Positions 25,427 to 36,596 of a DNA stretch of 64,000 nucleotides are shown in pieces (position 1 is the stretch's first letter; each line of letters begins with the position of its first letter). The DNA is taken from the NCBI GenBank assembly GCA_977030845.1, contig OZ365110.1, positions 17,732,001 through 17,796,000 on the forward strand, in the 5' to 3' direction. This DNA is from Fimbriosthenelais zetlandica. Taxonomy: Eukaryota. The notes beneath the pieces were generated by a model, which was given only the letters and a program-made list of their open reading frames with translations, had not been told where the DNA came from and made no database searches. The translations under genes were made by a program, and so were the position numbers.

Positions 25427-27729
25427 TTATGCTATGTAATAATAATGCTTTTGACAACTGCAATAATCGGGCACCTTTATATTCATAACAATTTGTTTCC
25501 TATAACTATTATACTTATGGTGCTTGCAATTGAATGTGACTGCTTTACAATGTGTGTTCTGGGCCTTGCAAATATAGTAGTAGCCATACTTTTTATCATT
25601 TCCTGGCTCAATTTTTGGTGGAGTGAAACATTTACCTTGGCAATCATCGACTTTACCAGCACAGCACATTCCACTGTATTGGGTGTAGACTATTCGAGAT
25701 GTCATCATGCATTGGCCAGTATGATATTCATTGCTGTATCCTCTGCTGAAAATCGCATTCATGATGCCAGAACTAGTTGGTCCTAACTTACTTTTACCTC
25801 CATAAGAATTGTCATGTCTCCTGCCAGGGGCCTCGTTATACACACTGAAGAAACTCATGCCATTTGTGTTGTAGCCATCCATATCTTGGATACTACCATG
25901 TCCTGTCCTGTCTCTTGTGTTGTAGCCTCCCATGTCATGCATATTGTAACCATTTTTGCTATTGGTTCCATAGCCTCCCGTATCATGTGTATTGTAACCA
26001 TTGGTTCCATAGCCTTCCATGGCATGTGCATTGTAACCATTTTTACTATTTGTTCCATAGCCTCCCATGTCATGTGTATTGTAACCATTGGTTCCATAGC
26101 CTCCCATATCGTGTGTATTGTAACCATTGGTTCCATAGCCTCCCATATCATGTGTATTGTAACCATTGGTTCCATAGCCTCCCATATCATGTGTATTGTA
26201 ACCATTGGTTCCATAGCCTCCCATATCATGTGTATTGTAACCATTGGTTCCATAGCCTCCCATATCATGTGTATTGTAACCATTGGTTCCATAGCCTCCC
26301 ATATCATGTGTATTGTAACCATTGGTTCCATAGCCTCCCATGTCATGTGTATTGTAACCATTGTTTCCATGGCCTAGCATGTCATGTGTACTGTAACCAT
26401 TTTTACTATTTGTTCCATAACCTCCCATGTCATGTGGAATGTAACCATTTGTTCCATAGCCTCCCATATCATGTGTACTGTAACCATTTTTACTATTTGT
26501 TCCATAACCTCCCATATCATGTGGAATGTAACCATTTGTTCCATAGCCTCCCATATCATGTGTACTGTAACCATTTTTACTATTTGTTCCATAACCTCCC
26601 ATATCATGTGGAATGTAACCATTTGTTCCATAGCCTCCCATATCATGTGTACTGTAACCATTTTTACTATTTGTTCCATAACCTCCCATATCATGTGGAA
26701 TGTAACCTTTTGTTCCATAGCCTTCCATGTCATGTGTACTGTAACCATTTTTACTATTTGTGCCATAGCCTCCCATATGTGGAATGTAACCATTTGTTCC
26801 ATAGCCTTCAATGTCATGTGTACTGTAACCAAATTTAGGCCTACTGTTTGTTCCATCGCCTCCCACGTTGTGTGTATTGTAACCATTTTTACCGTTGGTT
26901 CCTCCGTTGAGGCCTGCCCTCTTGTGTGTGCTGAACCCATCTTTGCCATGCATGCGGTCTATACGTTCTATTTTGTTACCTTTAGCTGGTTGCTTTGGAG
27001 TATAACTGTAACTTGGTGTTGTATAATCCTTTAATATAGGTCCCTGTGTGGTCTGAGTAATAATTTTGTGTTGATCTCTCAGTTTCTTAGTGTTAAACGG
27101 CTTTGATAGTGATACCTGGGCGGTCCTGTCCTGGGCATCTCCATAGAGTGAATTGTCATCATTGTAGGACTCATCATAACCTAAATGCAAGACACACAAA
27201 AACGCCTTTAAATCGAAATTTGAATAATCTTCTAATATGTCTTTTTTAATTCAAGAAGATGGCATTAAAATAGAACTGGACTTAAAGTTACTTTTCCCTT
27301 CATCAGTACAATTTGTAGGTTCGAGAATCTTTGCGTAATTCAAAGTTATCGTGTGTTATATTTAGAAATTCATTTTCCAAAATCTTACCACGTGAGAGCT
27401 CATAATAGTCAAAGCCACAAGGAGCCTCGTTGGGAATATCTGGAAAAATAAAGTGAAAAGCATAATCAGTTCCAAGCTTCCATATATAGACAGCTGTACC
27501 TATATATGATCCTTCCTTTGTCAATAAATTAAATATTAGGCATGGTATTTGTATTAGCACCGTAGGGAAAGACACACAGAAATTTGTTTAAAAACTTTAA
27601 ATGAATACTGGAAGAATAAGTGATTGAAGGATGTCACTTACCGTAACACTGAATTACACCCAAGTATTCGGTGAGAGCAGTGCTAAGTTGGGTCGCGAGC
27701 AGAAAAAATGAGAGAAATGAAATCTTCAT
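25427..27729 (-). CDS. Secreted Gly/Tyr/His/Asn-rich tandem-repeat protein with C-terminal cystine knot (paralog A, ~630 aa)
   Basis: Exons 27729-27642 (signal peptide MKISFLSFFLLATQLSTALTEY...), 27439-27389 and 27180-25427 (TAA); both introns phase 1 with GT-AG. Repeat NGYNTHDMGGYGT. C-terminal C-x14-CC-x6-CQGKC-x19-C-x6-C-x6-C-x21-CSC. Confidence 0.88.
25915..26890 (-). repeat. Coding tandem array: 39-bp units and 87-bp (48+39) higher-order units
   Basis: About 5 copies of the 29-aa dimer NSKNGYSTHDMGGYGT-NGYIPHDMGGYGT, then 8 identical 13-aa units NGYNTHDMGGYGT, then degenerate copies. Confidence 0.95.
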
Positions 27730-28558
27730 TATCGAATTGGGCTGATCTCTGTATAAGGTGAGAAATCCACATGGAGACTTTCTACGAGTAGATGGAGACT
27801 CAAAAGGAGTTTTTCATTTTATATGTCACAGAGAACAATGGAAATTAATTTTAAGGCAATGTTCCAAATATTTTCTCCATTTCATTATCTATAAATGCCC
27901 CTGTTACTTTATTTAAAAATACAACAATTACACTTGGCTCCATAATCAACAAAGAAATATAATGTACGTATGTATAATCATTTTAGTAATCACACCAGAT
28001 TTTATTGCATGCCATGTGCTTTTTCCGGTTTTAAATCAGCAACTGAATTATAGGCAGTTTTTATGTGCATCGAATGTTAAATTAATGGCAACTAATCCAA
28101 ACTAACGTTGTAATATGCACTGGTGGAATTCCACATCTCTTTTAAATTCCCTTTCATTGTTTGCTTTTTAGGGAATTCTCATGAAAATTATGGTTAATTG
28201 GATGATTATCCAATTTTCTACAGCCGCAAACATTAATGCTTGGCAGATGGAAAGAAAACTATTTGACATTTTTGTTAATTGGCAACATACAGACCTCATC
28301 AGTGAAAAAGCATAGGCATTTCTTCCCATGTTAATGCTCCGTTAATATTATTGCTCATATTAATTTTAAAAAAGTATAATATTATTATGTAAAAATTGTA
28401 TCAAGTAATTGTAATGTTTGGTATCACATGAATATGACTTTTTTCAAGGAATAGACAATGGTATATAAGGTGGGTGATTGACTTGTGGAGATTAGTTGGA
28501 TCAGAGCTCTAGTATAATCATAACATTTCCGCAGTGAAAGATTATTGGAAGTTTCACG
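27730..28558. promoter_or_regulatory. Bidirectional intergenic promoter region shared by the two cystine-knot paralogs
   Basis: 829 bp between the two divergent ATGs. TATAAAA on the minus strand at 27817-27823 and TATATAA on the plus strand at 28462-28468, each about 90 bp upstream of its ATG. Confidence 0.6.
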
Positions 28559-29766
28559 ATGTTGATCTTTGTGGTGATCACTTCGTTAACGGTTGCTGGC
28601 ATTCATGCAGAATACCCAGTTGATCGTACGCAAGACTGCGATGGTAAGATAAATACAGAATTACCTGTAATTTTTATAATTGAAATCTAGAAGTGTTGAT
28701 TTGTTAAATGCACATACTATGTTAACGCTGTAGTCGATTGCACCTTTGAGTTTCTCTGTATCCTTATTATCTCTTAGTTGAAGAGGTTATTTTGAGTGTC
28801 AAATATATTTAATTGAGAAATAATTTTAATGCAATCAACTATCACCCACAACATTAACCCGTCTGTTACAAGGTGACTCATACATATTATTTACTTTCAT
28901 CCTTCAGAAATTCCTTCGGACCCACCCTGTCGCCAGAGTCTGTTTCATACATGTAGGTCCTTTTTAAATTTATTGGATGACAAATATATTTATAAAAACG
29001 GTATCAAAACGTGTAATTATTTTTTAAACTTTGAATTTCTCTTTCATTGCATATATATTAAAAATTCATATGAACAGAACAAGATCCCCAATTCAATATT
29101 AAATATTATGCAATATTTATAATATTAGAATCTTGTCATTTCTATTTGAAATCCAGATGGACATCCATATTATGAATATAACTCTGGTTACAACTATTAC
29201 TCGTACAACTATCCCTTTGATCATGACCGCAATGGAGATGACAAAATAGACTACCGTGACCATCAGTATACAAGAGGTTATGTAAGCTATGGTAAGCGAG
29301 TAGACCATCCTTATTTCCAAGACCATAGATATGCATTTGGCTATGGACGCAACAACGGCTATTGTAGCCTGGGCAAACGGGTTGTGTACAGGCAACATAG
29401 AGGTATGTGCTGCACTGCATTGGTAGATGACTGCCAAGGTTACTGCTATGGAAAGGGCGAGTACCTCCAGAAGGATGGCGATGGTAAAACGTGTCAGGCT
29501 GCCTATAGAAACTGCCAGCATGTGAAGTTCTACTGCACCAGTTCCTATCGCCGCTCAGGGGATCGAGTTTATTCCATGTACCTCAATATACCAACTGAGT
29601 GTCAGTGTAGTTCGGGGACTGGTAAGCATTTTTGTGTGATTTCAATAGAAAAATAACATAATGTTAGAGATTAGATGTGTTTAGGCACACTGGTTAAATT
29701 TTGGTGAGAACCAATTTTATAAGGTTGAAATTGGGATTTCACATTTTGTTTTTTGCAGATGAATGA
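28559..29766 (+). CDS. Secreted Tyr/Gly/Asp-rich protein with C-terminal cystine knot (paralog B, ~200 aa)
   Basis: Exons 28559-28643 (signal peptide MLIFVVITSLTVAGIHA-EY...), 28908-28952, 29157-29621 and a probable last exon 29759-29766 (D-E-stop); unspliced read-through would end at 29656. Same intron phases as paralog A. C-x14-CC-x6-CQGYC-x15-C-x6-C-x6-C-x21-CQC. AATAAA near 29883. Confidence 0.85.
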
Positions 29767-30866
29767 AAGTGGCGTATATTCTGGTATCATCGACACATTT
29801 CTACAGCCGCCGCATATTGTATCAGACAGTGCACATTTGACTGACATTATCATATAATGCAATGCTCTTCATTAATGTGCATAATAAATATGTCTGGCTC
29901 ACGTTATATCATACTCTGCAAAAGACCAAATGCATCGCACTTCCACAACAGAAGCATGAACAAATTTAATTGAACTTTCCTTCAAAGATGGATGATTTAA
30001 GACGGGTAATTCGTTTTAAAACTGCAACAAAATGAGGGACAATCATATCGTTCTATTTCTCCTCTGTTTTCCTTTTCTTCAAATGGATTGTTTGGGACGG
30101 AAAACAAAAAATAAATATATCATAAATATTGAATAAAATTTAATGAATTAGGACTACACAATGTACACATTTAATTCAACGCCTATATCGTAACATTTCT
30201 CTTTGTTCTTTGCTGGGAAAAAGGACAATATACTGTACAACATTGGCATGCTATTATGAATGTATATGAGAACTACGGCTATATTCATATGACAAATAAA
30301 GGCACCTCTCACATTTAATTCAATTTCGATATGTCATTTGTCATCTATGCTTGTGTATCTCAAATGCCAAACCTCAGTATGTGAAAAAGGGCCTTGGTAC
30401 ACCAAGACCTTATTTTACATGCGGAAAATACTTTGACAAGGGAATGGCACATCAAAATAGTGATGATTGTAAGGAATTTCACTGTTTCCTATATTATTAT
30501 ATATATTAAAAAACACTTTTTCCATAATTTCAAGCTGGTAAGTAAGGCGTGCGATCAACCTGGCATAGTTTTCAGTCTTGTGACCTGTACATGTATGCTA
30601 GCCTGCAGTACAGGTGGGTGGGAGGTCAGGACCATCTTCCCCCTCTGACACTAGAACTCACCATCACTCCAGGTACCTCCTATACCCACATAATTGAACA
30701 TGTTAAATTGTATGATCACATAAAGGAATGACATTAAAGCAAGTATCTTACTAAAGTTTATCAGTAGCCAACACCCTTTTCTAGTAGAAATCACTAGCAT
30801 CATGTGTTCCTTTAATACCATAGTGTCCACATACTGTTTATCAGTTTACTTCTATATCCAGTCCTT

Positions 30867-30896
30867 CCACTAGAGGGCAGGGACTGCTTTATAAAA
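30867..30896 (+). promoter_or_regulatory. CTCF-like motif plus TATA box upstream of the GABA-B-like gene
   Basis: CCACTAGAGGGCAG (30867-30880) matches the CTCF core CCASYAGRKGGCRS. TATAAAA at 30890-30896 lies ~60 bp before ATG 30954. Confidence 0.5.
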
Positions 30897-30953
30897 GCTG
30901 CTGGTCCTGTAGCCCTGTCTCCTATACTACTCCATGCACATGTCAAGCGAAAC

Positions 30954-33900
30954 ATGCATCTCCTACACATCTTTACCTGCATCTGGATTTGTAGCCTAGT
31001 GAAAGGTTATTCAATTAATTGTATATAACCCTTCAAATATCATCAAGATGCTTCTCAGATATTTCTAATATATCAGGAAATCCATACAATAAGTAACTTA
31101 TCACCTATTTTCAGTTACTGCAAAGATGTTAGCGTCATTAGTAAAACATGTTTTTTTCTCTCCCAGGCACAGAGATTTATATCTTGGGACTGTACCGTAT
31201 GGACGGTGTCTTTCCTGGACAGAGCACGATAACAGCCATTGAAATGGCCCTCGAGGACATTAATACGAGAAAGGATATCCTCCAAGGATACAAACTCAGG
31301 GTGATATGGGAAAATTCATGGGTTAGTATGAGTTATTCCACGCAGACATTTCCCACAAGCCTCTAAACTTTCACGACATTATGAAGCGAACCTTTGTCAT
31401 TAAGTCCATATTGATCACTATAATTTGTCTCATTGTATCAGACACAATTTGTTTCCAGTGTGATGCTGGTCGAGCCCTGAATAACATGTACAAGCAGCTC
31501 TACCAACCTCCGACAAAGATCATGATCCTAGGAGCCACATGTTCTCCTGTCACAGAGGCAATAGCCATGACGTCTCAGTACTGGAATATCGTTTCAGCAA
31601 GTGGCGTCATCATGCACGATATACCTTTTTCAATTTTTCATATTTATATTATACATCATTGCACGATTCTAGTGATAGATAGTTTGATGTATATATTTGT
31701 AGATTTCCTTTGTATCTGCGTCCCCTTCTCTATCTGATACGTCCAAGTTCCGACTGTTTTTCCGACTGAGCTCACCAAGGCTTGATGTCAACCCAGCACA
31801 TTTACAGATGATGAAAGATTTCAACTGGAACATCGTTGCCACACTGGATCAACCTTTTGATCTCTTCTCAAAGGTTTGCCTATAAATCATGCTTCTATGA
31901 TACAGTTACTGTTGATAAGATACATTTTTCATAATGTTATAAAATATATCAGTGTTCTACAGAACTAATTGAAATAATTCGATTGCTTCACATGAGGCTT
32001 GAAGACATTCTGGAAGATGTAGTTGGAAAACGAACTGCATGCCTTTTAGTGAATTTCTATTCCCATTTCCGCAGACAACTGATGATTTTGCAGCAAGACT
32101 GAAGATGAATGGAAAACAGCTCATAACCTCAGAAATCTTTGTTGATGATCCAGCACCCCAGATTGCAAATCTGAAGGTAAGAGTGCAGAAGAAGATGCAG
32201 CGCCATTTACAACTGTTGAAAAGGACTATGATACCCATACGCACAATCTGCAAAGGATAAATCCTAATCTGCAAAGGATAAATCCTAATCTGCAAAGGAT
32301 AAATCCTATAGTATACTGCCCAGAGTACAATCTCAACAGGTTTATCATCAATATTGATCTGTAGCCTAACAATGTATCTAACCATTGATTCTTATGTTTC
32401 TGAAGTACTCCTCTATGAGAGAGTTTGGTCCGATGAAACAGTTGAATTTTCTCTATTTCAGAGACATGATGCGAGAATAATCTTCGTTGGCTGTTATGAC
32501 ACTGTGTTTTACAAGTTATTTTGTGAGGTAAAAGTGATTGGCAAGAGACCTTTCCCTTTTCATATAACCTCATAACCTCATAACCCCTGTTGTACAATAA
32601 AATCGTCGATGGCGAGGGATCGGCGAGGGTACCCTTGCGGAGAGATTGCATTGACCAAGCAATGTTTTTGAGAAAACAGTGCTTGAGCACTGCAATAACA
32701 AACAGTTGTCCAAGCACTTTTTAAAAAAAAGAAGCAGCACTTCAACAATGCAATCGATCGACGAGGGCACCCTCGTCGATCCCTCGCCATCGACTATTTT
32801 ATTGTACAACGCCTGGATTGATAGTCATGTATTCATGGTCAATGCATTTGAATCGTTAGTCTGAATAGAGTATGCGATTTTTAAAGCAATATCATAAAAT
32901 GAAATGCATTCTGATTAAACAGATTTTCAAACATGGGTTATATGGACCCAAGTATGTATGGGTAGTAAACGGGTTTTCAAAAGAGAAATGGTGGCTGAAC
33001 AAAGCCGATGAGGACGTGGATTGTACAGTTGAGCAGGTGACAAAGGCAGCAGAAGGGACATTCAGTACCATACAGTCCTACATCAATCACAAAGAAGAGA
33101 GAGGTATATCCCATTCAAAATTCCCCTTCTAAATGTGGAAAAGATAATAGAATTTGTGGGCTTAAAAGTAACTTCGAATTGATTCCAGGCCTGGCAGGAT
33201 TTACTCCAAGTGAATGGATGTCTGCTTATTTCAAACGGTTGGGTGAAATACCAAAGCGGAGCCAAGAATATTCTCCCATTACATATGATACAGCCTGGGC
33301 AGCTGCCTTGGCACTGAACAACACAGTACAGCAATTGAAAGATCAAGGTAAATGTATTACGGACATCATTGTATTACTTATTTGAAATAACATGCAGTGC
33401 ACGAGAGACAATATAATACTATGCACATCTATAAAACGAATGAATGAATGAAAGAACGTTAAATCCACTCTGTTCATTTTCTGTTCTCCAGGATCCGACA
33501 GAAACCTGGAAGATTTTATGTATGACAAAAATATTTCCAGAGCCATTTTTGAAAACTTGCATAAGGTGGAATTTCAAGGTCTCAAGGGCTACGTGAAATT
33601 CAATGAAAAGGGTGATAACGAAGCAACAGTTGCAATTCGAAGAGTACAAGGTAACGTTGAATAATTGGCAAGCATATTTTGAGACATATTCCTCCCATTG
33701 TCTTTATTTGTCTGAGCAGACACTATACCCCCAAAGCCTTTGATTATGGTCTTAGATTGCGAGGAAAGATACATACATCTTAAGTTGCACTAATGGCAGT
33801 GAGAAGATCCAATGTACCTGATATAATACCTTTCGTAATTATACTTGAAGGGCACACCTGCGCTAGAGGCAGTACCTATATTACAGCACGCAAAGAAGGC

Positions 33901-36596
33901 ATATATTATAATTATTTGTAGAAAAAAGTCCATCTGATTAAGGGCAAATCCTTAACAGTTCAAAACAACAGATGATCAACTCACTTTTTTTAACTGAAAG
34001 CCCTTTATTGGATCTGTCGTTATCTTTGATATACTCGGGAAATGCTTTTAATTAAGTACTGCACTTAATTTGGATGTAATTGTGAAGTATAGTGAAGTAT
34101 AGTGATTGAATTTCATCCAAGGTGGAGAATGGGAACTTGTTGGATACTATGATCAATTCGGTGAGAAAATTGAACGGTCTGTGGAATCTCCGATTGTCTG
34201 GCATGGTGAGATGGAAATAAATAAACATCTATCTTATCTTTAAAAATCTTTCTAAACATTCCCTACTACAGAATATTTTTTCCTTCTTTGAGTAGGCTAT
34301 ATTTGACACATGCCGGTTTATTAGTGATTACATTGTACTTCAGGGTAAAGACTTTACATTTCATTCTAGGGGGAAATCCACCAAAGGATTCCACAGAGAA
34401 GTTGGAAAAATGGGTATTTGTTGATGCCAGAAGTTACATAACAGTGTGCACCTTCGCCACCTTAGGAATGGCTTTGTCAGTCTGCTTTGGAGTTTTAAAT
34501 TGCATCTTCCGCAAGAGAAGGTTGGAGATTGTTTCTTGATTATCGCTAGACTATATGTTGTATCCAGACAATGTGCAATTCTGTATTACATAAGTCCATG
34601 CGTCGTTTAAGGAATTTCTAACTTACATTACAGATCCATTAAAATGTCTTCACCTAAAATGAACAATATAATTATTGCTGGATGTATAGTCACATACATC
34701 ACCGTCTTTCTCCAAGAACAGTCAAAGGAAGAAGTTTTGATTTTCTGTCAGGTTTGTGTCCCATCAATCTATTCTCCTTCGAAATGGCAAGAGTTTACTT
34801 TGAAATATGATCTCCAAATACCTTAGATATCAATACTGATTATTTATTCAAATTTGTAGATCCGGGCCTTCACCATCATGATAGGATTTTCCATGGCCTT
34901 TGGGGCATTATTTGCAAAGACATGGAGGGTCTATGCAATATTTATGACCAGAGCAAAGAAGTTGGTAAGAAAACGCCTGGTTTCTATTTACCATGAATAC
35001 CTGTTGTATGCCTATTGATTCTAAAAAGGGGGGAGTATCATAATTTTCCTGTTGAAACATGCAGGTTATTTCCGACTGGAAGCTGGTGCTCATGGTAATT
35101 GCCATTGTTGGGATTGACATCATAATCCTAGTGATTCGCGAGGTTTTCAATCCATTCCGAGTTGAAAAGACAATCCTTGGCACTGAAGTATGTCATCTTT
35201 CTCAAGAAAAATTATCCATTTTTACTTTCATGGACTTTGGCCCTATTCATATTCACACAGGCTCTGCATTGTAAAGAGTTATTAAAGGGTAAATATATAA
35301 AAGGGGGATCATATATATAAAGAGGATCATTACTACGCCTCAACATAGTATGATACTGAAATATTATTTGGACTTAATTCCCCATTAGGAAATGGAAGAT
35401 GGCAATGTAGTGATTACAAATCAGGCCTGGGTTTGCACATCCTCACACGATGTATACTTCAAAGGGGTCATATACACTATAAAAGGACTTCTTCTCATCT
35501 TTGGTGCATTCTTAGCTTGGCAAACGAGAACGGTATGTATTTTTAACCATTAAATCCATTAATATTTTAGTTCTTTAATATCATCATTGCCTATAAAACC
35601 TTCTCATTCTATTGCAGGTGAAGATCCCCGCTTTGAACGATTCACAGTTCATCGGTGTTTGCATCTACAATGTGGCAGTGTTAAGTCTGTTGGGTGTCGT
35701 ACTGACCTTTGCTCTCCATGACCAAGTTGTCCTGTCTTACATCCTTACCTGTAGCCTGATAATATTCATGACAACGAGTACTCAGATGATCATATTCATA
35801 CCAAAGGTACAGGTATAGTAAGGGGTGGGGCATTAATGTCGAAACTACAGTGCAAATGTCGTTTAGGCCAACCTATAGAATTATTATATTGCTCTTTAAA
35901 ACTTGGGCATTCCTCCTGATTTTCAGATCGTCAAATTTCGACATGATAATAAAGTAGATGAGGGGGAATCTTCAACGACGAGAACAAGCCATGTCGGATC
36001 AGTAAATTCATCCCAACAGAATGAGTCTACGTTAAAGGGAGAACTTCAAAAACAAACAATGTTACTGAAAGCGGCAGAAGGAAGGATAGCAGACTTGACT
36101 AATGAGGTAAGTCCATTAAATTTAACAAAAAAATGTGATTTTTAGTTCAGTATTCTAATCTTCTGGCTATCAAATAATTTTAGCCTCACCTGTCAGTACT
36201 CCCCCTTAATTCTGACTGCCATATTATACCAGAGTTGACACCAGTTTGAAAACAGAAACTGCTCTCCCTGAGCGAATTCTAGGCCAATTAATATTGCTTC
36301 GCCCACAATTTAATGACTTGCTCATATCTGCACGACTCAGAGGTGACTCGATCTATTTTAAATTGCTCATGATAATTGTTATTTCTCCCACTATTGTTTT
36401 CATCCCATTTCTTGCCTTCTCGCTATTAGGTCATGATCTGCTCATATCTGCTCAGACGTGTTTTATGTACTGATCGTTTACAACCACTCGTTCTTGCTTC
36501 GGGTCATTGTCGTTTCCTTCCAATTCAGTTTCTCTTTATACTACCAATGCTAATAACTCATTACAGGTTACAGATCTCAAAGCAAGGATGTCATAA
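30954..36596 (+). CDS. GABA-B receptor-like class C GPCR (Venus-flytrap + 7TM + C-terminal coiled coil), ~768 aa
   Basis: 18 phase-consistent exons: 30954-31005 (signal peptide MHLLHIFTCIWICSLVKG), 31167-31321, 31459-31596, 31703-31873, 32075-32176, 32462-32527, 32923-33103, 33189-33347, 33492-33650, 34122-34205, 34370-34520, 34634-34751, 34860-34964, 35065-35187, 35389-35532, 35618-35806, 35927-36106, 36567-36596. Motifs: AIEMALEDIN, GATCSPVTE, SASPSLSD, LYGPKYVW, YDTAWAAALALN, IKMSSPKMNNII, GALFAKTWRVYAIF, GAFLAWQTR, IPALNDSQFIG, IFIPK. No Cys-rich domain, as in the GABA-B type. Confidence 0.92.
32245..32307. repeat. 21-bp unit x3 perfect tandem repeat (intronic)
   Basis: AATCTGCAAAGGATAAATCCT three times. 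Confidence 0.95.
32589..32810. mobile_element. MITE with ~47-bp terminal inverted repeats (intronic in the GPCR gene)
   Basis: Left gttgtacaataaaatcgtcgatggcgagggatcggcgagggtaccct versus reverse complement of the right end gttgtacaataaaatagtcgatggcgagggatcgacgagggtgccct (3 mismatches). No coding capacity. Confidence 0.85.

Noticed and set aside
25864-26838. 324-aa plus-strand ORF of His/Cys/Trp-rich repeats (YHVYCNHWFHSLP) that looks like a metal-binding protein, plus other open frames 25814-26377, 26384-27034, 25855-26370 and 26374-26949
   Set aside because: Shadow frames of the 39-bp repeat, whose unit lacks stops in four of six frames. Only the minus-strand GYNTHDMGG frame joins a signal peptide, splice sites and a conserved knot domain.
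25915-26890. Regularly spaced repeats (also 49813-50230 and 21569-21880) as possible CRISPR-like arrays
   Set aside because: Head-to-tail tandem units without unique spacers, in a eukaryotic context with no cas genes.
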